Source of the DNA: Hydrolagus colliei
Taxonomy: Eukaryota
Length of the DNA: 64,000 nt
NCBI GenBank assembly: GCA_035084275.1
Contig: CM068757.1
Coordinates: forward strand, 5,208,001-5,272,000
Direction of reading: 5' to 3'
Below are positions 23,275-37,150 of the stretch, one piece after another; position 1 is the first letter of the stretch, and each line of letters begins with the position of its first letter. Under the pieces are notes generated by a model. The model was not told where the DNA came from. It saw nothing but the letters and a program-made list of their open reading frames with translations, and ran no database searches. The translations under genes were made by a program, and so were the position numbers.

Positions 23275-25835
23275 AAGCGTATTTCATCAATCTGGGGATG
23301 ATGTCACATCTGCCTTTGCATTGTAGGAAATGTCATTAAAGTTATTAAAATGCTGAATGGGAAGCACATAACATAGGTGTAACCTGATTATTTAACTGGC
23401 CTTAAAAGTGAGGAGCTAGAGAGCGATAGTAGAAAAATGAATAAATTTCAAGCAACACAATTGCGCTTACTGCTTTGACATTGTGCATGTCATGGAATTT
23501 TTTCCCAGCGGAAATGCACATCATTAAAGTTTCTGCACTTACGAGCAAGCAAACAAAATATATTTCTTTCTCCGCAACTTTTTGTGGAGGTGTGGAGTAG
23601 GCACAAAACAGTTAATGCCACGTTAATACCTTTTCTGTGAAAAGAAAAGAGCTGAATAAATATCTAGCTGGGAAAAGCCTGAAGGGTTATAAGGACAAGT
23701 ATGGAATAGAGATGATCAAAATCAATGCAGAACATGATTCCTGAGCTGCTGGGACCATTGGAAATGTCATGCCAAGGAAAGAGACCAGATAAGGATAAAT
23801 AGCATGAGTTGTAAAGTTAAATATTTGGCGTTTCACTTGATTTATTTTCGTCACACAAGGAGAAAATCCGCAGAACTTTTCCTCAGGAGATTAAACGAGT
23901 TGGATAGAGTCCATGATAGAACAGATTAGATGTGGGTTGAGGGACTTCAGGGCTGAATTCCCCGTTCTTATTCCACGCTCTCTTACGATTTTAAGGTTGT
24001 GGCATCAATATGTTTCAATATTAGTTCGGAGCCACATCCCATGCATTTTAACCAGTTGTTGTTTGATAAAAAGTGTGGAGAGTCGAAGGATTGGAGCGGA
24101 TAACTGAGTTCCTGCTCTCCTTCCAAACATGCAGCTTGGCCAATCTTTTGGATAGGCAGTTTGATGAAAGATGATGGGTGCCTGGTACAGTTCCTGTATC
24201 GTTGTTGCAGATTAGAGGCACGTGCAACGCCTGCCCTAACATTGATTGTTAATGTGATGGCACTTGATTTTGTAGTAAGTGTGAGACCGTAATATTTATT
24301 TTTGAGGTAAAAAGAAGTATTTATCAAACATAAACGGAACAATTTGGATCCAATTCTTTAACTGTAAGCACTGAGCTTTCGGATCCTTTCGCTCACAAAG
24401 TACACATAGTTACACCACTTTACAATGTGTCCTGTGAAGCGCTTTGACACGGCTCTACAACGTGATAAGTTGTTGAACTCGAACAACAAGGTGATTGGTA
24501 TGTCACAACCATTCTGTAAAGGTCCCACCACCATCTCGAAGGCAGATGTCCGTTTGGCAGATAGCTGTTGAGTAAACTGGATCGGAGGCTTGGGGCAACG
24601 TCTGCCGGAAGGCGTTCATGAACACACGTTGATATATCCAGGGCTTAGAATCCACCTTAATCGGTTTGCAAAGAGGGAAGCAGCTGATTCTCAAACTCTG
24701 CACATTTAACTGATGCAACAATCGCTCAATGGGTAGGGCTGTGTGTCCGAGCTGTAGCCAGAAAGATAGTGGCAATTATTTCACGCATTTCAGACTGAGC
24801 TGTGTTGCTCACCTGTCTTCCTATTAGACTATGTAAGTAATGGGCAATGTGATGCTTTTAAAATCTGTGACCATAATGTGAGATGCAGTGCCTTTGTCAT
24901 ATTAGAGTTGGTTCCAATCAGCTATTCAACACTGTAGCCCAAGGGATTGAGGCCAAATGTAATGCCGAAGGCCAACTTGTCTGAGATCAGCCAACTCAGC
25001 AAACTGGAATCAGTTCTGAAACCACAGTGTATGGCTCAGTTCCACGATATGCAGGGTTTTTATCAATTGAACCATTTGGGAATTGCTTGTTGCAGTTTTT
25101 TGAAACTTTTCCACATAATTCGGGATGTAAACTCATAAACGAAAAAGGAAAATACAATCAGACGGTATGCCTTTTCTGCTATGGAATTGTCTGTGACCAT
25201 TTTTCTAAGGAAAAAGTGATGGTAACAGTGAGTGCACACTTCATCATCACAACACAAGTGAAAGGTTACAGTGAAATAATGAATTGCTCATTACTTGTCA
25301 GTGCTTTTATATGTATATGGATAGAAAGATCCCATTTCAGCCAGATCAAATACAGCTGATAGGAGATGTGGGTGAGATACATCTATTTCATCAGTTAGTA
25401 GTTGGAGGTCAAACCAGGAAAACATCAGGGGAACAGCGAAAACTTGTCATGGCCTAAATCAGAATTTGAAAGTTCTTCTTTGTAGAAACCGCTACAGTGG
25501 TGAACGATACTATTATTAGCCTTATAGCGAAAGCAGCACAGATGGTGTGTTGAAAGGCAAAGCTTGGTTAAAGTAAGTTTTTTGACAGTCTCATCTCTTT
25601 AATTCCCATATGGGTTAAGTAAGTATCATATGGTTCCAGAAATAACCACCTGATCCTGTAGTATGTTCCAAATGCATAAGAAACACTTTTAGTGCTCAGT
25701 ACTGTAATAGGTTCATCCATAGAATGTTTAATTTTGAATTGAACTTTGTTGACTTAATCCATGGATTTAGAAATCAAGGAGTAGAATCTGGTGGATCAAA
25801 ACTACCAGAAAATACAAGGTTGCTTTCTCCTAAAA

Positions 25836-26000
25836 TTGGTCATTTCAATCCACGACTGTTTGTGGGACACTGCTGTGCACAATTGGCTGCTGTGTTTCAC
25901 CCACAAATACACAGTTAATTCACTTTACAGTGTATCCTACGAAGCGCTTTGAGATGCCTAGAAGACATGAAAAGCCCTACATCAAATGCAAGGATTATAA
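25836..26000 (+). mobile_element. SINE 3' half
   Basis: ttggtcatttcaatccacgactgtttgtgggacactgctgtgcacaattggctgc...atcaaatgcaaggattat. Confidence 0.9.
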
Positions 26001-26040
26001 TGAGCAAAAATTATCAAAAACGTACTATATATACACTATA

Positions 26041-26200
26041 TAGTAGTAATAGTCCTTGCTTTGATATAGCGCCTTATCTCATCATTGAGATATCTGAAAG
26101 CAGTTCACACTATATACAGTAAAGTGGATTCACTGTGTATTTTGTGGCAGCCAATTTGCATACAGGAATGTCCCACCAACAGCGAGTGAGTGACCAAGTA
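26041..26200 (-). mobile_element. SINE 3' half, tail-to-tail with the previous copy
   Basis: ccttgctttgatatagcgcc...cagccaatttgcatacaggaatgtcccac...gagtgaccaa. Confidence 0.85.
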
Positions 26201-28487
26201 TTTAATGTAGAAATGCTTTGAGACATCCTTCTGATGTGAAAAGCACTATATCAAATGTAAGGATGAATTATTTATACAGATGATTATCTTTTTATCTTGG
26301 TCATTTGAAATACCTTTGCATTACATTTGAATTATTTAGATAGAAGCCCTTTTTGTGATGACCAGCATGAGAAGTAAAGTACAACATTACACATGCAAAT
26401 CGTAAGTCTTTTCCATTTTGTTTTTCAGAACTCGTGTTTGCTTTTAGCTCCTCGTCCTGCCAAGCTGTGAGCTCTGCGTTTTTCAGAAACCAGGTAAGCC
26501 AAGACCATTTTCTGTTGCTTTATTTCTTACAGCAAAAATAAGTTGCTGATTGTGTGTGGTTGAAGTGAACAAAGTTACGGACATACTTGATGTTGCACTA
26601 TTGGAACCGCCACTGGAACATGGGCTGTGCTGGTTTCCCCAAACAAAGGCTTACTTACCATGGTTATTAAAATTGCTAAGTAAAGGCATGAAACAGGCTG
26701 CCGTATCTGATAATGTTAGGCAGTTACAGGAACAGTTTGCCTTTGATTAAGATTTGTAACTGGCATATTTCTGCTGGTTAGAAAAGTGGCTACCTTGGAG
26801 GTATGTGCTTGCCATGGTGTTTTCATCATTGAAACAATTTATTTTTCCCCTTCCATGTGTAAGTGTTTTCAATACTTGTCATCCTGTCAATTCTGCACTA
26901 ATATTTTGCATATTGGTAGCAGAATTCATAACTGGTTTTGAGAGGGTTAAGCACATGTGATGCGCTGAACAAAGTCAAGTACATCAAAGCAGTCCGCCAG
27001 TGGAAACAGATAAGCTGAAAACGAAATAAGCGTTAAACAACTTAAAGTTTACATTCTTTGGCGGCTTTGTAATCGTAATGGGAAAACATAATTTGAAGTC
27101 AAATTGGGTCCAAAACATGCAGTGGTTCCTCTTTATTACAATTGTCTTAAAATATTTTTAAAAAATTATATTGCCTACTTGAATAGTCAAATGATATTAA
27201 CTTCAGCAATTCATTACCTGATGCGTGGCACAGAACACTTACACATCAATGCCATCAATCCAACACATGTTCCCAAAAGCATAGTGCAATGTGAATTTAC
27301 AATTTTTACACAGATTTTTCGATATTTCAAGCCCCACCCGCCTCAAGAAAACCAAGAACAGTTCTTATCAAAAGGGAGAAGTTAACAATTTATTCCCTTC
27401 ACTGAATGAGTGCACTCTACCCTGGTTGGGTTAAGATGGTATTGTAGGGAGCAAAGTACATTCCATCAATCTCGATTTGTGTTAACAAAGCAAAAGTCAA
27501 TGACTGAGCAGTGATGAAAAAGAACCAAAGCAGCCAGATAATCAAACGTTACAGGTTGTTCGCCAATAGTTTCAGAAAATCGTGCATTTCCTCTAAAAGC
27601 TATTTAAATGAATGGAACTTTGGTTTTGTAAGGCTTATATTTTTGGTCAGCCGGGTGTCTGAAACATGCAGAAACCCATCACTATGCTCAAGTACCGAAA
27701 TCAGGCTGAGAATTCCGTGTGGAAATTCCTATGTTTGGAATGTTTTTATTTTAGGCCCTTCAGTTCTGGGCATTGGTTTGGTTAATTCAGCCTCAAGCTG
27801 CTTAGTGATTGTGATGGGAAAGTTTTCTTATTTCACCTCCTCTCAATGTGGTCATTTAATTCCATCCAGTGTGCCATCATTTCCATAATCATTATACATT
27901 ATCCATGTGTTAAAGCTGTTCAATGCCATAGAGCATATAAATAAATAGTTCATCTCATTTTCTGACCAAAAGACGAACAGATTTTCTATAGTTTTATGTT
28001 TAACTAACAACCCATTAATGGAAAATATTGATCTCACTGAAGCTGTCACTGCACACCATTGTTCCATCTCTGAGACTTGCCATTGAAATCCAAACAGCTG
28101 AAGGCTTTCTCTCACTCACTCCCTCTCTCTCTCTCTCTCTCTAATGATGATGAGCATTAGTGAAATGAGTCTGGGAAATAGCTTCCCCAGTTCCCAATAG
28201 GTATGATTCTGCATGTTAAAAACTACCTTGCGATTCAGCACTAATTGCCAACTCATTTGTCGGGATAAACTAGTAAATGTGGGATCTGAGATCGACAAAA
28301 CATCAGAGGGTTTTTTTTGGGATGCACAGGGTTATATTGCCTTTGCATACTAATTTAGATTATTTCGATTTCAATATACTTCTCCGCCACTCAAAAAATA
28401 CCAAGTGAAAAGTTCCAAATTTGATTGTGTTGCACTTCATGATTCTGTGCAGTCACACCCTCCATGTATTCACATTTATATTTACGA

Positions 28488-28578
28488 TTCACTTTGCAGT
28501 ATATTCTGTGAGGTGCATTGTGACATCTGGAAGAGCTCGTAAGGCGCTATGTCAAACGTAAAGATTATTATTGTTATT
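28488..28578 (+). mobile_element. SINE tail fragment
   Basis: ttcactttgcagtatattctgtgagg...aaggcgctatgtcaaacgtaaagattattatt. Confidence 0.8.
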
Positions 28579-28629
28579 GCCACACCATACCCTTGTGTAC
28601 CTTCACCATCACAAGCATCCTGACTGGAA

Positions 28630-28702
28630 AACAACAACAGCGAAACAAACAAAATTACATTTCTAGAGCACCTTTCACGTCAGAAAGTCGTCCCCCAAGG
28701 CA
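28630..28702 (-). mobile_element. Short L2 tail
   Basis: acaacaacag...aaattacatttctagagcacctttcacgtcagaaagtcgtcccccaaggc. Confidence 0.7.
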
Positions 28703-30624
28703 CACACTGCCAACAACACTGTTGGCAAAGTGGATTTGCACATTGTTGGTGCCCAATCTATCTATGATGTTGCTTGTCTCATGGGAGTTTAGTCCATGGA
28801 ACTCAAATATTTGGATTGCTTCCAGGTCCAACCCTCGAGATAAAATGAATGTTCAAGTTTAAATGAAATGCAACAGTTTCAGCAACGTATTACGAAATCC
28901 ATTCAATCACTTCTATTGCAGAATAGAGAGATGATTAGCAATATGTGTGAAATCCACCCACTGAATTGAAGAATAATGCTTGTGTTTTTCATGCTTTGAT
29001 TGCACATTCACAAGGGTATCTGTGAAGGGCATTACATTACAGTGGAGCGTCTACATTCAGCACAGTTGAGTGGTAACAGCCCAATTTCACAAAGCAGGTG
29101 TTTTTCTTGCATAACAACAACAACACAATTAAAATTTATAGAGCATCTTTCACGTCGGAAGGAATTTTTGTTGCATAATGCTGTTCCCTGACTCTCTTAC
29201 TCTTACTTGGAAAAATCTGTAATCTTTTCTGGGCGGCAGATCATTAAGAACTGAAAAGGAAAGATCCAAAAGGGTTTTCAAGGCAGAGAACAGTAGAGAA
29301 TTTCGAGAAAACACCAAGTGCATTTATGAATGTGAGTAGCTCTCTCAACTCACACACATGTGGGATGACTAGTTTGAAGGTTTTGTCTCTGCTACTATCA
29401 ACAGACACAAATTGCATAAGCTGTTGAAACATATTCTTTCCTCATCTCTTGCTGTTATGATTGCTGAAGTAAAATAAATAAGGTGTAAAATAATGTTGGC
29501 AGTGATGATTCTGAGAGCTACAAAAGCTGACAAGTCTTTGACTGTAGCAAAACCCGGTGCAAAAAGGAACTGAGATTTATTGATAATAATTTATCCCCCA
29601 AGATAGTTATACTTTTCCACTGCTTCCCATAATGTTGATGCTCATAGCAACTTAATGCTTATGCCGTAGACATTTCCAATGTGCAAATGTGCAAATGCAA
29701 CAGCCACGGCAAATTAAAATAGTGCTTTATCAATCCAAGAAAATACTGGTGGACTCACAGCTTGTCACTGTAATGGGAGGACGGGAAGGGAGTTATTCTG
29801 GAAGGATGAGGTGAAATGACCTTCTTCACCTGAACTTCTCCTGTGATCTCGAGAACAGTCGTGGTGCCCGGTTGAGCAAGGCATGTTAAAGCAGTCACAG
29901 GATAACCATGCCTTGAATATTGGAACAGAAATGCAATGTAGAAAGCTTAATGAGATAAAGATTCAATCACTGGCAATGCAGACACCTAACAAGAGACATT
30001 GTTTAGTGTAAATAGAGTTGGATAATTTGATTGCAAAAATAAGTATTAATAATCTTTGTGTAAAGATCATTAAACACAGAGTCAGCGACACCTGCTCCTA
30101 TGGTTAGGTACTTAATCAGGTAATTACGACAGAAAGGGCTCAATTATTACTGTTACCTTCAAACTCACTTTTCATTACACACTTTTCAAGCAGGTGCCTG
30201 AGGTGTTGTAATCAGATGACTAAGGTGCGATTGAACTCACTCACAGTTCACAATATGCCAGGGATTTCTCACAGATACATGCAAAAGGTTCATCTGACAG
30301 ATTGATGGTTTTTTGGGCAAAAAAACTGTGATAATGAGTGTTCCGGTGTTTTAAGATTGTCACCCATCACCTCGATTTCCCCCACAGTGGTGTCAGATCC
30401 TGACAGCACGCTTCCTTACAGTAAAACCAAGCCAGCTAACCCGCTGCTGCTTCCATTTCCACACTGACGGAGCTTCTGCCGTGACGTGATTACCAAAAGG
30501 AAAAAAGTTGGCAGTCTTTACCGCTGGGAAAGATGTCCGTCCTCAAACTCCAAAGATGGGGGCTTTGCGAACAAGCGCAACAAAGACGTCAGGCATTCTC
30601 CTCAGCGGAGGCTACTGCGTACAT

Positions 30625-30745
30625 TCCCCCACAAAATGTATGGAAAGTCCACTTCATGGGATATTACGTGAAGTGCTTTGAGATGTTTTAAAGGCCCGAT
30701 AAAGCGCTATTTCAAATGCAAGGATGTTTTTTAATATTATTATTA
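30625..30745 (+). mobile_element. SINE tail fragment
   Basis: cccacaaaatgta...gtgaagtgctttgagatgt...aaagcgctatttcaaatgcaagga. Confidence 0.7.
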
Positions 30746-32159
30746 AATGCAGGTTTTTTTTTTCTCTCTCTCTGCCTACCATTCTCTATCTTTGAGTTCT
30801 CTTCCCTCACTTCCTCGGGATGACAAGCAGCTCAGAAAATCAACCTGGGTGCTGTGGTTATCTGTTTGTCCGAATGTTCTCCCTTCCTGGAGGCAATCCT
30901 TCATTCTGGGATACAGTTCTGCTTGGACTTGTGGCTTTCCCAAAGCTCATACCATTGGCCACTGTCATGCTTGAATTCAGACAATGAATGCTGATGGTTG
31001 TATTCTTCTGATTGATCAGGATCCTGTTCATTTTCCACCGTATAGTGATCAGAATGAATCCGTGTTGTTTTCCCTTTCCCTATGGCTTAGGTCGGTTAAT
31101 GTCACATGCGATTGAACATTAGACTTTCTTGGTTTGTGTGGTTCATGTATGCACGAACCAGTGAACCACTGGGGAGGCTGCTGGTGTTGTTTAATAGATT
31201 ATAAGACAAGCTGGACACAGAATTTCAAGGTAATCAATAAACTCATATTAATGTGATGCCATTGATCCTCTTGTGTAAGTTTAATTGCACATTAAGGGTG
31301 CGGAGTACACTGGCAGCTAATGCTGACACACACACTTATCAAACGCCCATATTGATTTTAAACAGTAAATTTAAATAGAAAATGTTCCAAAGGAGTGATT
31401 GCTAGGCAGTAATTTAATTGTGGTGGGGGTTGGGGGGAAGGGGGACGAAATTTACTTTATTTGCTGCAAAGATTTCACCTGAACCCAACATGGCCTTTGA
31501 TCACCTGTAGGTTGATTTATTCAAGTTAAAAACTAGGACGTAATGGACTTGGATACCAATTGTACTCTGAATGGTATGAGGTGTAGTATTTGGGTGCAGT
31601 TGGCTTGCGTTAAGACTGCAGCTGATAATACAGACTACATTCAGGCAGTGCAGCACATCAACAGTCACCGTCTTTGTGTGGAACTTCACTTTGCCTTGTG
31701 CAAACAATTTTCTACAGTCAAAATGCTCTCATTGTCCTCGGGATCTAAAATCTTAGCTATTCTTGACTGCTTCAAATAATTAGAGTAGGATTTTTATTCA
31801 TTTTAAGAAAAGGTGCCGTTGGTTGAAGAGTGCCATTGTAGAAACGTTACACACAAATGCAGTTTACTGAAACAAGACCAATTTTCTGTTGCAGTCAATT
31901 GGAACTAAAATAATTTCATGTTAAGTTGACTGCAAAGTAAAATGGTATTTGACATTCACTGAGTATTATTTTCTGCCTCGGAAAATAAATATATTTTAAT
32001 TTCTATTCTAATCGCAGGTAACCAACAAAAGGCAATCAATAGTCCTGCATTAGTGAACGTAATTTCTCTTGATTTTTATGAAGCCCAGTGGAAATGATTA
32101 ATAGGTAGACACTTTACTTCTGAGAGATGCCGATGTTCAAGGTGTGTGTCTTGCCTCTA

Positions 32160-32277
32160 GCCTTCTCTCCTTCTCTCGACCGGATGCAACTTCTTGTGTC
32201 ATGCTCTGCCACTGTCAAGCACTCTGGGACACTACCCTGCATGTGTGCGCTATATAAATGCAAGTTGCTATTGTTGT
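32160..32277 (+). mobile_element. L2-like 3' end of a different or older subfamily
   Basis: ctgtcaagcactctgggacac...gcgctatataaatgcaagttgctattgttg. Confidence 0.6.
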
Positions 32278-32586
32278 TCTTCAAACCTGCTATCCTTCAA
32301 TGTGGATCTCTACCCTCCTCTAATGTTAACCGTTTAACACTTTAAAATAAACCTCAACCTGGAGAAAATAGCTAGAGTAGTTACAAGCAAGCGACTTTCA
32401 ATGCACGAAGAATGTGCTCACTTCTCATGAGATGTGAGGTTCTTGTTGTGCAGAGTGAAGCTTTCTTAGTAGTAGAGGATTTGGAAACTAGCACAATGCT
32501 TCAAAAGGATTTGAGGAAGTCAGATGGTAGATGAAAATGTAAACTCTGAAAACAGACCTTTTTTGTGAAAAATGAAAATAATAATT

Positions 32587-32969
32587 GTGGAGTCCAGTAG
32601 CTCAGTGATTAGAGCGCTCGCCTCTCAAGCGAGAGACTTGGGTTTGATTCCCAGCAGGGCGAAATGTTGTGCAAATTTCCTTACTCCACATGCCTCTGTT
32701 TACCTAGCAGTAAGTTGGAACCCAGTTGTTAGTCGATTGGCAGATCGCTTTTCTTGGGATAATAATCCCTCAAGAAAGAAAAATCATAATTTGGTCACTC
32801 AATCCATGACTGTTTGTGGGAAGTTGCTGTGCATAATCGGCTGCTGCATTTCACCCAGTAATAAAGAGTTGCTTCACTTTACAGTATATTCTGTGAAGTC
32901 CTTTGAGACGTCTAGAAGGCGTGGAAAGCACTATATCAAATGCGAGGATTATTAATCTTATTATTATTA
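32587..32969 (+). mobile_element. Full-length tRNA-derived SINE, long form (tRNA head, CORE-like, Deu-like, LINE-like tail)
   Basis: gtggagtccagtagctcagtgattagagcgctcgcctctcaagcgagagacttgggtttgattccc head; gcaaatttccttactccacatgcctctgtttacc CORE-like; tgtttgtgggaagttgctgtgcataatcggctgc Deu-like; (tta)n tail. Confidence 0.93.
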
Positions 32970-33582
32970 TCTTTGTTCTGTCTATAAGCCAGGCAGTGAT
33001 TACACACAGTATTCAGATGGATTCCCCGTGCTTCAAAACAAATAATCAGTACGTCATCTATTATCTTAGTTTGACACCCGATAACAGACTATTAATTGAT
33101 GCAGTGAAATTGCAACCCAAAATATTTGGTTGCTTCCTGTTATTTGTCAGGGAAACTAAATTACACATGTTTTGTGCCTCAATGGATACAAATATCAATC
33201 TAATTCGGCAGTATTAGGTAGCTTTGTTTGCAACCACATTGGAACATTGCAATGATCAGGTTAAAAAAAATCTCCTAATGTTGCTTCACATGACGCACCC
33301 TCTTATTGATAATCACTCTCTTTTAATCTCTTTCTCTCTCTCTCTCCTATACACATATACATACACACTTCCAGGGTTCTCACAAGTATCCACAGATCAT
33401 AATTGTGATATTTTCTTGCTTCCAATAAAACTGACAGGATACGACAGTCCTTACACTCGGGGTTGCGTTGTTTGTGTATCGCATAGTACAGCATCTTGAC
33501 CTTGGTATTTTCGAACACAATGGTTTTATCTGTGGCATTGAGATGTGTGCTTAAATTCAAGTAAAAGCCTGGCTTTGTTTGA

Positions 33583-33608
33583 ATGTGTGTGTGTGTGTGT
33601 GTGTGTGT
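33583..33608. repeat. (GT)n microsatellite
   Basis: Read directly. Confidence 0.95.
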
Positions 33609-34553
33609 CGCTCAAGCAAAGGCTCATTCATTTGAATCCTCAGTCTCATAATGAAGTAGAAACTGACAATGAGAATGCCTATGTGAGGCTGCCTACTAAA
33701 GCCAGGGTTCACAGATCCATTTAATCTCCAGAAAAAAGTGCTGCAGTCTCCCAAACCCTCTCTTGGATGCTCAAAGATGGACAACCAAGGAAGCAAAATA
33801 GATGTGTTCTTTCCAGTGAACCACCAGGGAATATTGGCATCGACTGAGCCCTGAAGCATCAGGTATGCTGATGGACGCTCACACACGGCCACCGGGGACT
33901 CTGACACAAACCCATCACTTCATTGCCGGGGAATACAGATGCTTCCACCCTGGGAATGTTGAAGGTCGGATGCTAAGATCAAATTCGCTTTTTTTAAAAA
34001 AAAAATTTGGCTCGAGACACAAACACTAAACAAATGTTCGCCAGCTGCCACGAAGATGGGGGACATATTGCAGTCAATTGGATGTGTGTGCATGTGCAGA
34101 ATGTAATTGCCGCTGCTTTGCATGAACCACACGTTTTGCTTTCGAAAGATAGGTTACGCTGAGGTAGAGACAGGTCAAAATTTCAGCGTTGAAAAGTCAA
34201 AAGTGGTCACTTTTACAAAGGTTTGCAGCCTCTCCCTCAAGTTTTGTTGTGTTTGTATCCTCGGTTTGCTAATTAACCACATACAGTGGGTATGAACCCG
34301 GTCGGTGATTGAAAAAATAACTTAAACATGTTAGTGTTAGGCAGAGAAATGAGATGCAGTATCAAACACACACACATCAAATTGCATATGCCTCCAGCTC
34401 TGGCTACTGTTTTTCCTCTGTTTTGAAGCTGCAGAGAATACAATATTTCTGTGTGACTGTAAGTGTACATTTTACCACTTGGAGGAGCTGCAACTTTTAT
34501 ACTGTAAATGTTCAACTTCCATACACTGGTGTAGAAATCTGTGTATTTGCCTT

Positions 34554-34620
34554 CAACAACAACAACAAAATTACGTTTGTATAGCGCCTTTCACATCGGG
34601 AGGACGTCCCAAGGTGCTGA
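34554..34620 (-). mobile_element. Short L2 tail
   Basis: caacaacaacaacaaaattacgtttgtatagcgcctttcacatcgggaggacgtcccaaggtgctg. Confidence 0.9.
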
Positions 34621-36694
34621 AAAACACTGTCAGTTCCTGGATCATTTATGCTGTCCCTCACTCCACACAAAAAAAATCGTCAGCCCTTTCAACAGCAAGG
34701 AAGCAAAAGTCTGGATGGCCATTACTTAGCACATGAATCTTTATTCATCTCACATATAACTTTAGATTCGGAACGATAAAGGAAATAAATGTTTCCTAAT
34801 ACTGTTTCCTCAATGAAAAGGATTATCAACAACAACAACTCGCATTTATATAATGCACTTAAGCATGTTCAATGTTCAAAGACACCTCTCTCTGACTCTC
34901 TCTCCCTCTCTCTCTCTCTCTCATATCAGGAACCACGTCAATAAAACCTGTAGTTAATAATAGAGGTTGATGAGAATGATCTTCAAAAGCAAAATACAAA
35001 GAATCAAAAGTAGTGGATGAGGACAGTATCTGATAAATGTAATTCACTTAGATCTTTGGAAAGTATTGAAGTCTCTGCAGCTGATGCTTTTAATGCTCTT
35101 GGGTCAGTGATAAATTAACTGGGCAGGATGAAATTTGCTTGGCAAAAGAAAATGGGAATACAGTAAATGATAAATAAAAAAAGGCGGTGGATGGTGGGTG
35201 GAGAATGAGTGTAATTTTACCGGATCAGTTTGGGACTTTGTCCTGATTTCACAGCATTCTTCACAAATGATATGGGGACGGGAATTCCTACTAATATTAC
35301 AAATGTCTAGCACACCATGGCCAGTTAAACACTGTTCAAAGGCATTTTGGCAAAGCAGGATATCATCTGCGGAACAGAAGAGGCTTGAGAAATATGAATT
35401 CTCGTAGTGTGTATTTTGGGATGGTTTCCCTGTGGGTTGATGTCTCCCTCGGGAGATGAAATAAGTTAGGAAGGCTCCTAAACAATGCATTTCACTTTCT
35501 AATTTTAGACTTGTCTTTATGTTCACTGTAAGACGTTCGGAGGGAGGAGAGGGTACTTTGTACTTCCCTATATTGCTAGGTGACAATTATGCAACTGTAC
35601 ACCAAGTAAGGTACATAAATCAACTCAAGCTGCTTTGAGTAAAGGGAAAGGGTGCATTTTAGGAAGGTATGAAGTAAAGGGTAGAATAGTATCAGAAATA
35701 ACTATTTTTGGCAACTGCTTCGATAATTTCCTCGCACAAGCACAAGATGATGGATATCTTTTCTGGATGTGTGCCCAAATTTCAGTAAAATCTACTCACA
35801 GAAAGTCAAGAGTGAGTCAGCATCCACTTGTCTAAATCCATGTTGTTAATGCATCGAATAATTTACTATTTGACCAAAGGGGCTACTGACAGGTCAGATT
35901 GGTGACTTCAATAAATTACTGCAGTGATACTTCTATTGCAGACGATCTTTGGTACCTTTCTGCAACTATGGTGTTATTGAACTTGCATTAAAAATATGAA
36001 TGGTTTTGTAAGTGGGAGACAACATCAATTATTCCACCAAGGTTTAATGGCAGAAAAGGTGATTAGTCTCTTGTATAGCTGCATGGTGCCTTGTAACCAT
36101 GGAATGGAGCTTCTAAATTTCATGCCAATTAGTGATATAGTGAGGTGATGCTGAGTCCCGATGAAAGGCCAGGCTGCTCACTATAACATCACAGAATTTC
36201 TTCAGAAATTCGGTTTCACACTTCTTGTAAAATGTTACTGCACACAGATGGTCAGGCGTGTTGCATTTTCCAAGCCAAAACCATATGGAGCTCTGTGCGT
36301 TTACCAGTCCTTATGGTGAACTTTGGAAATGTGTCCTTAAGCAATGAAAGAGATTTGAAAATATCAGTGTAACACTGAAGGAAACGTGTTGTGTGTTGAT
36401 TTAAGAACTCCTTTGCCAGGTCATTAGGTGGATGAGAAGGCATCTCCCAAGAGTTGAGCACATCATGTTTGCTCGAAAGCAAAAGGCTGGATTTAGATTG
36501 ATTTTCATTGCTATTTGGGATCAGCTGAGCACAGTGTCGACATTGCCTTGGATGGCTGATGTAGGAATAATCCATACGTATGGTATCTAAATTCCAAGCC
36601 TCATATTTATCCTCTCTCAATTCCCTCAGGCTCGCCTCATCACCAGGACTTCAAAGCAGCTTGGGTGGTGGGTAGAAGTGGGGTGGTTGCTTTC

Positions 36695-37150
36695 GGAGTC
36701 CTTTAACATATTAGTTAGAGGACTCGTCTCACAAGTGAGAGGACCCAGGTTTGATTCCCAGATGGGTCAGAACCGTGGCACATTTCCTTACTCCACACAC
36801 CTCTGTTTACCTAGCAGTAAGTAGGAACTCCTGTGTTAGTTGATTGGCAGATTGCTTTCCGGGGGTAAGAAGCACTTCAAAATAAAATAAATCAAATAAG
36901 AATAATTTGGTCACTCAATTCCAAGGGCTGCTGCCCATAAATAATACAGTGAATTTACTTTACAATTTAATATAATAATCCTGGCATTTAATATAGTGCT
37001 TTGAGACGTCTCAAAGTGCTTCACAGAATATACCGTAAAGTGAATTGTCTGTATATTTGTAGGCGAAACAAATATCCCAGAAAACTTACAATATATTCTG
37101 TGAACTGCTTGAAATGTTTCAACAGTATGATAAAGCACTATATCAAATTT
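36695..37150. mobile_element. SINE cluster: long-form copy (+, ~36695-36965), inverted tail (-, ~36970-37075), tail (+, ~37085-37150)
   Basis: The head and long-form internal segment match 32587. The middle piece is the reverse complement of the tail, and the tail then resumes on +. Confidence 0.85.

Noticed and set aside
33817-33862. Small exon candidate (ttctttccag ... CAG/gtatgc)
   Set aside because: Weak polypyrimidine tract and stops in the obvious frames; not distinguishable from chance.
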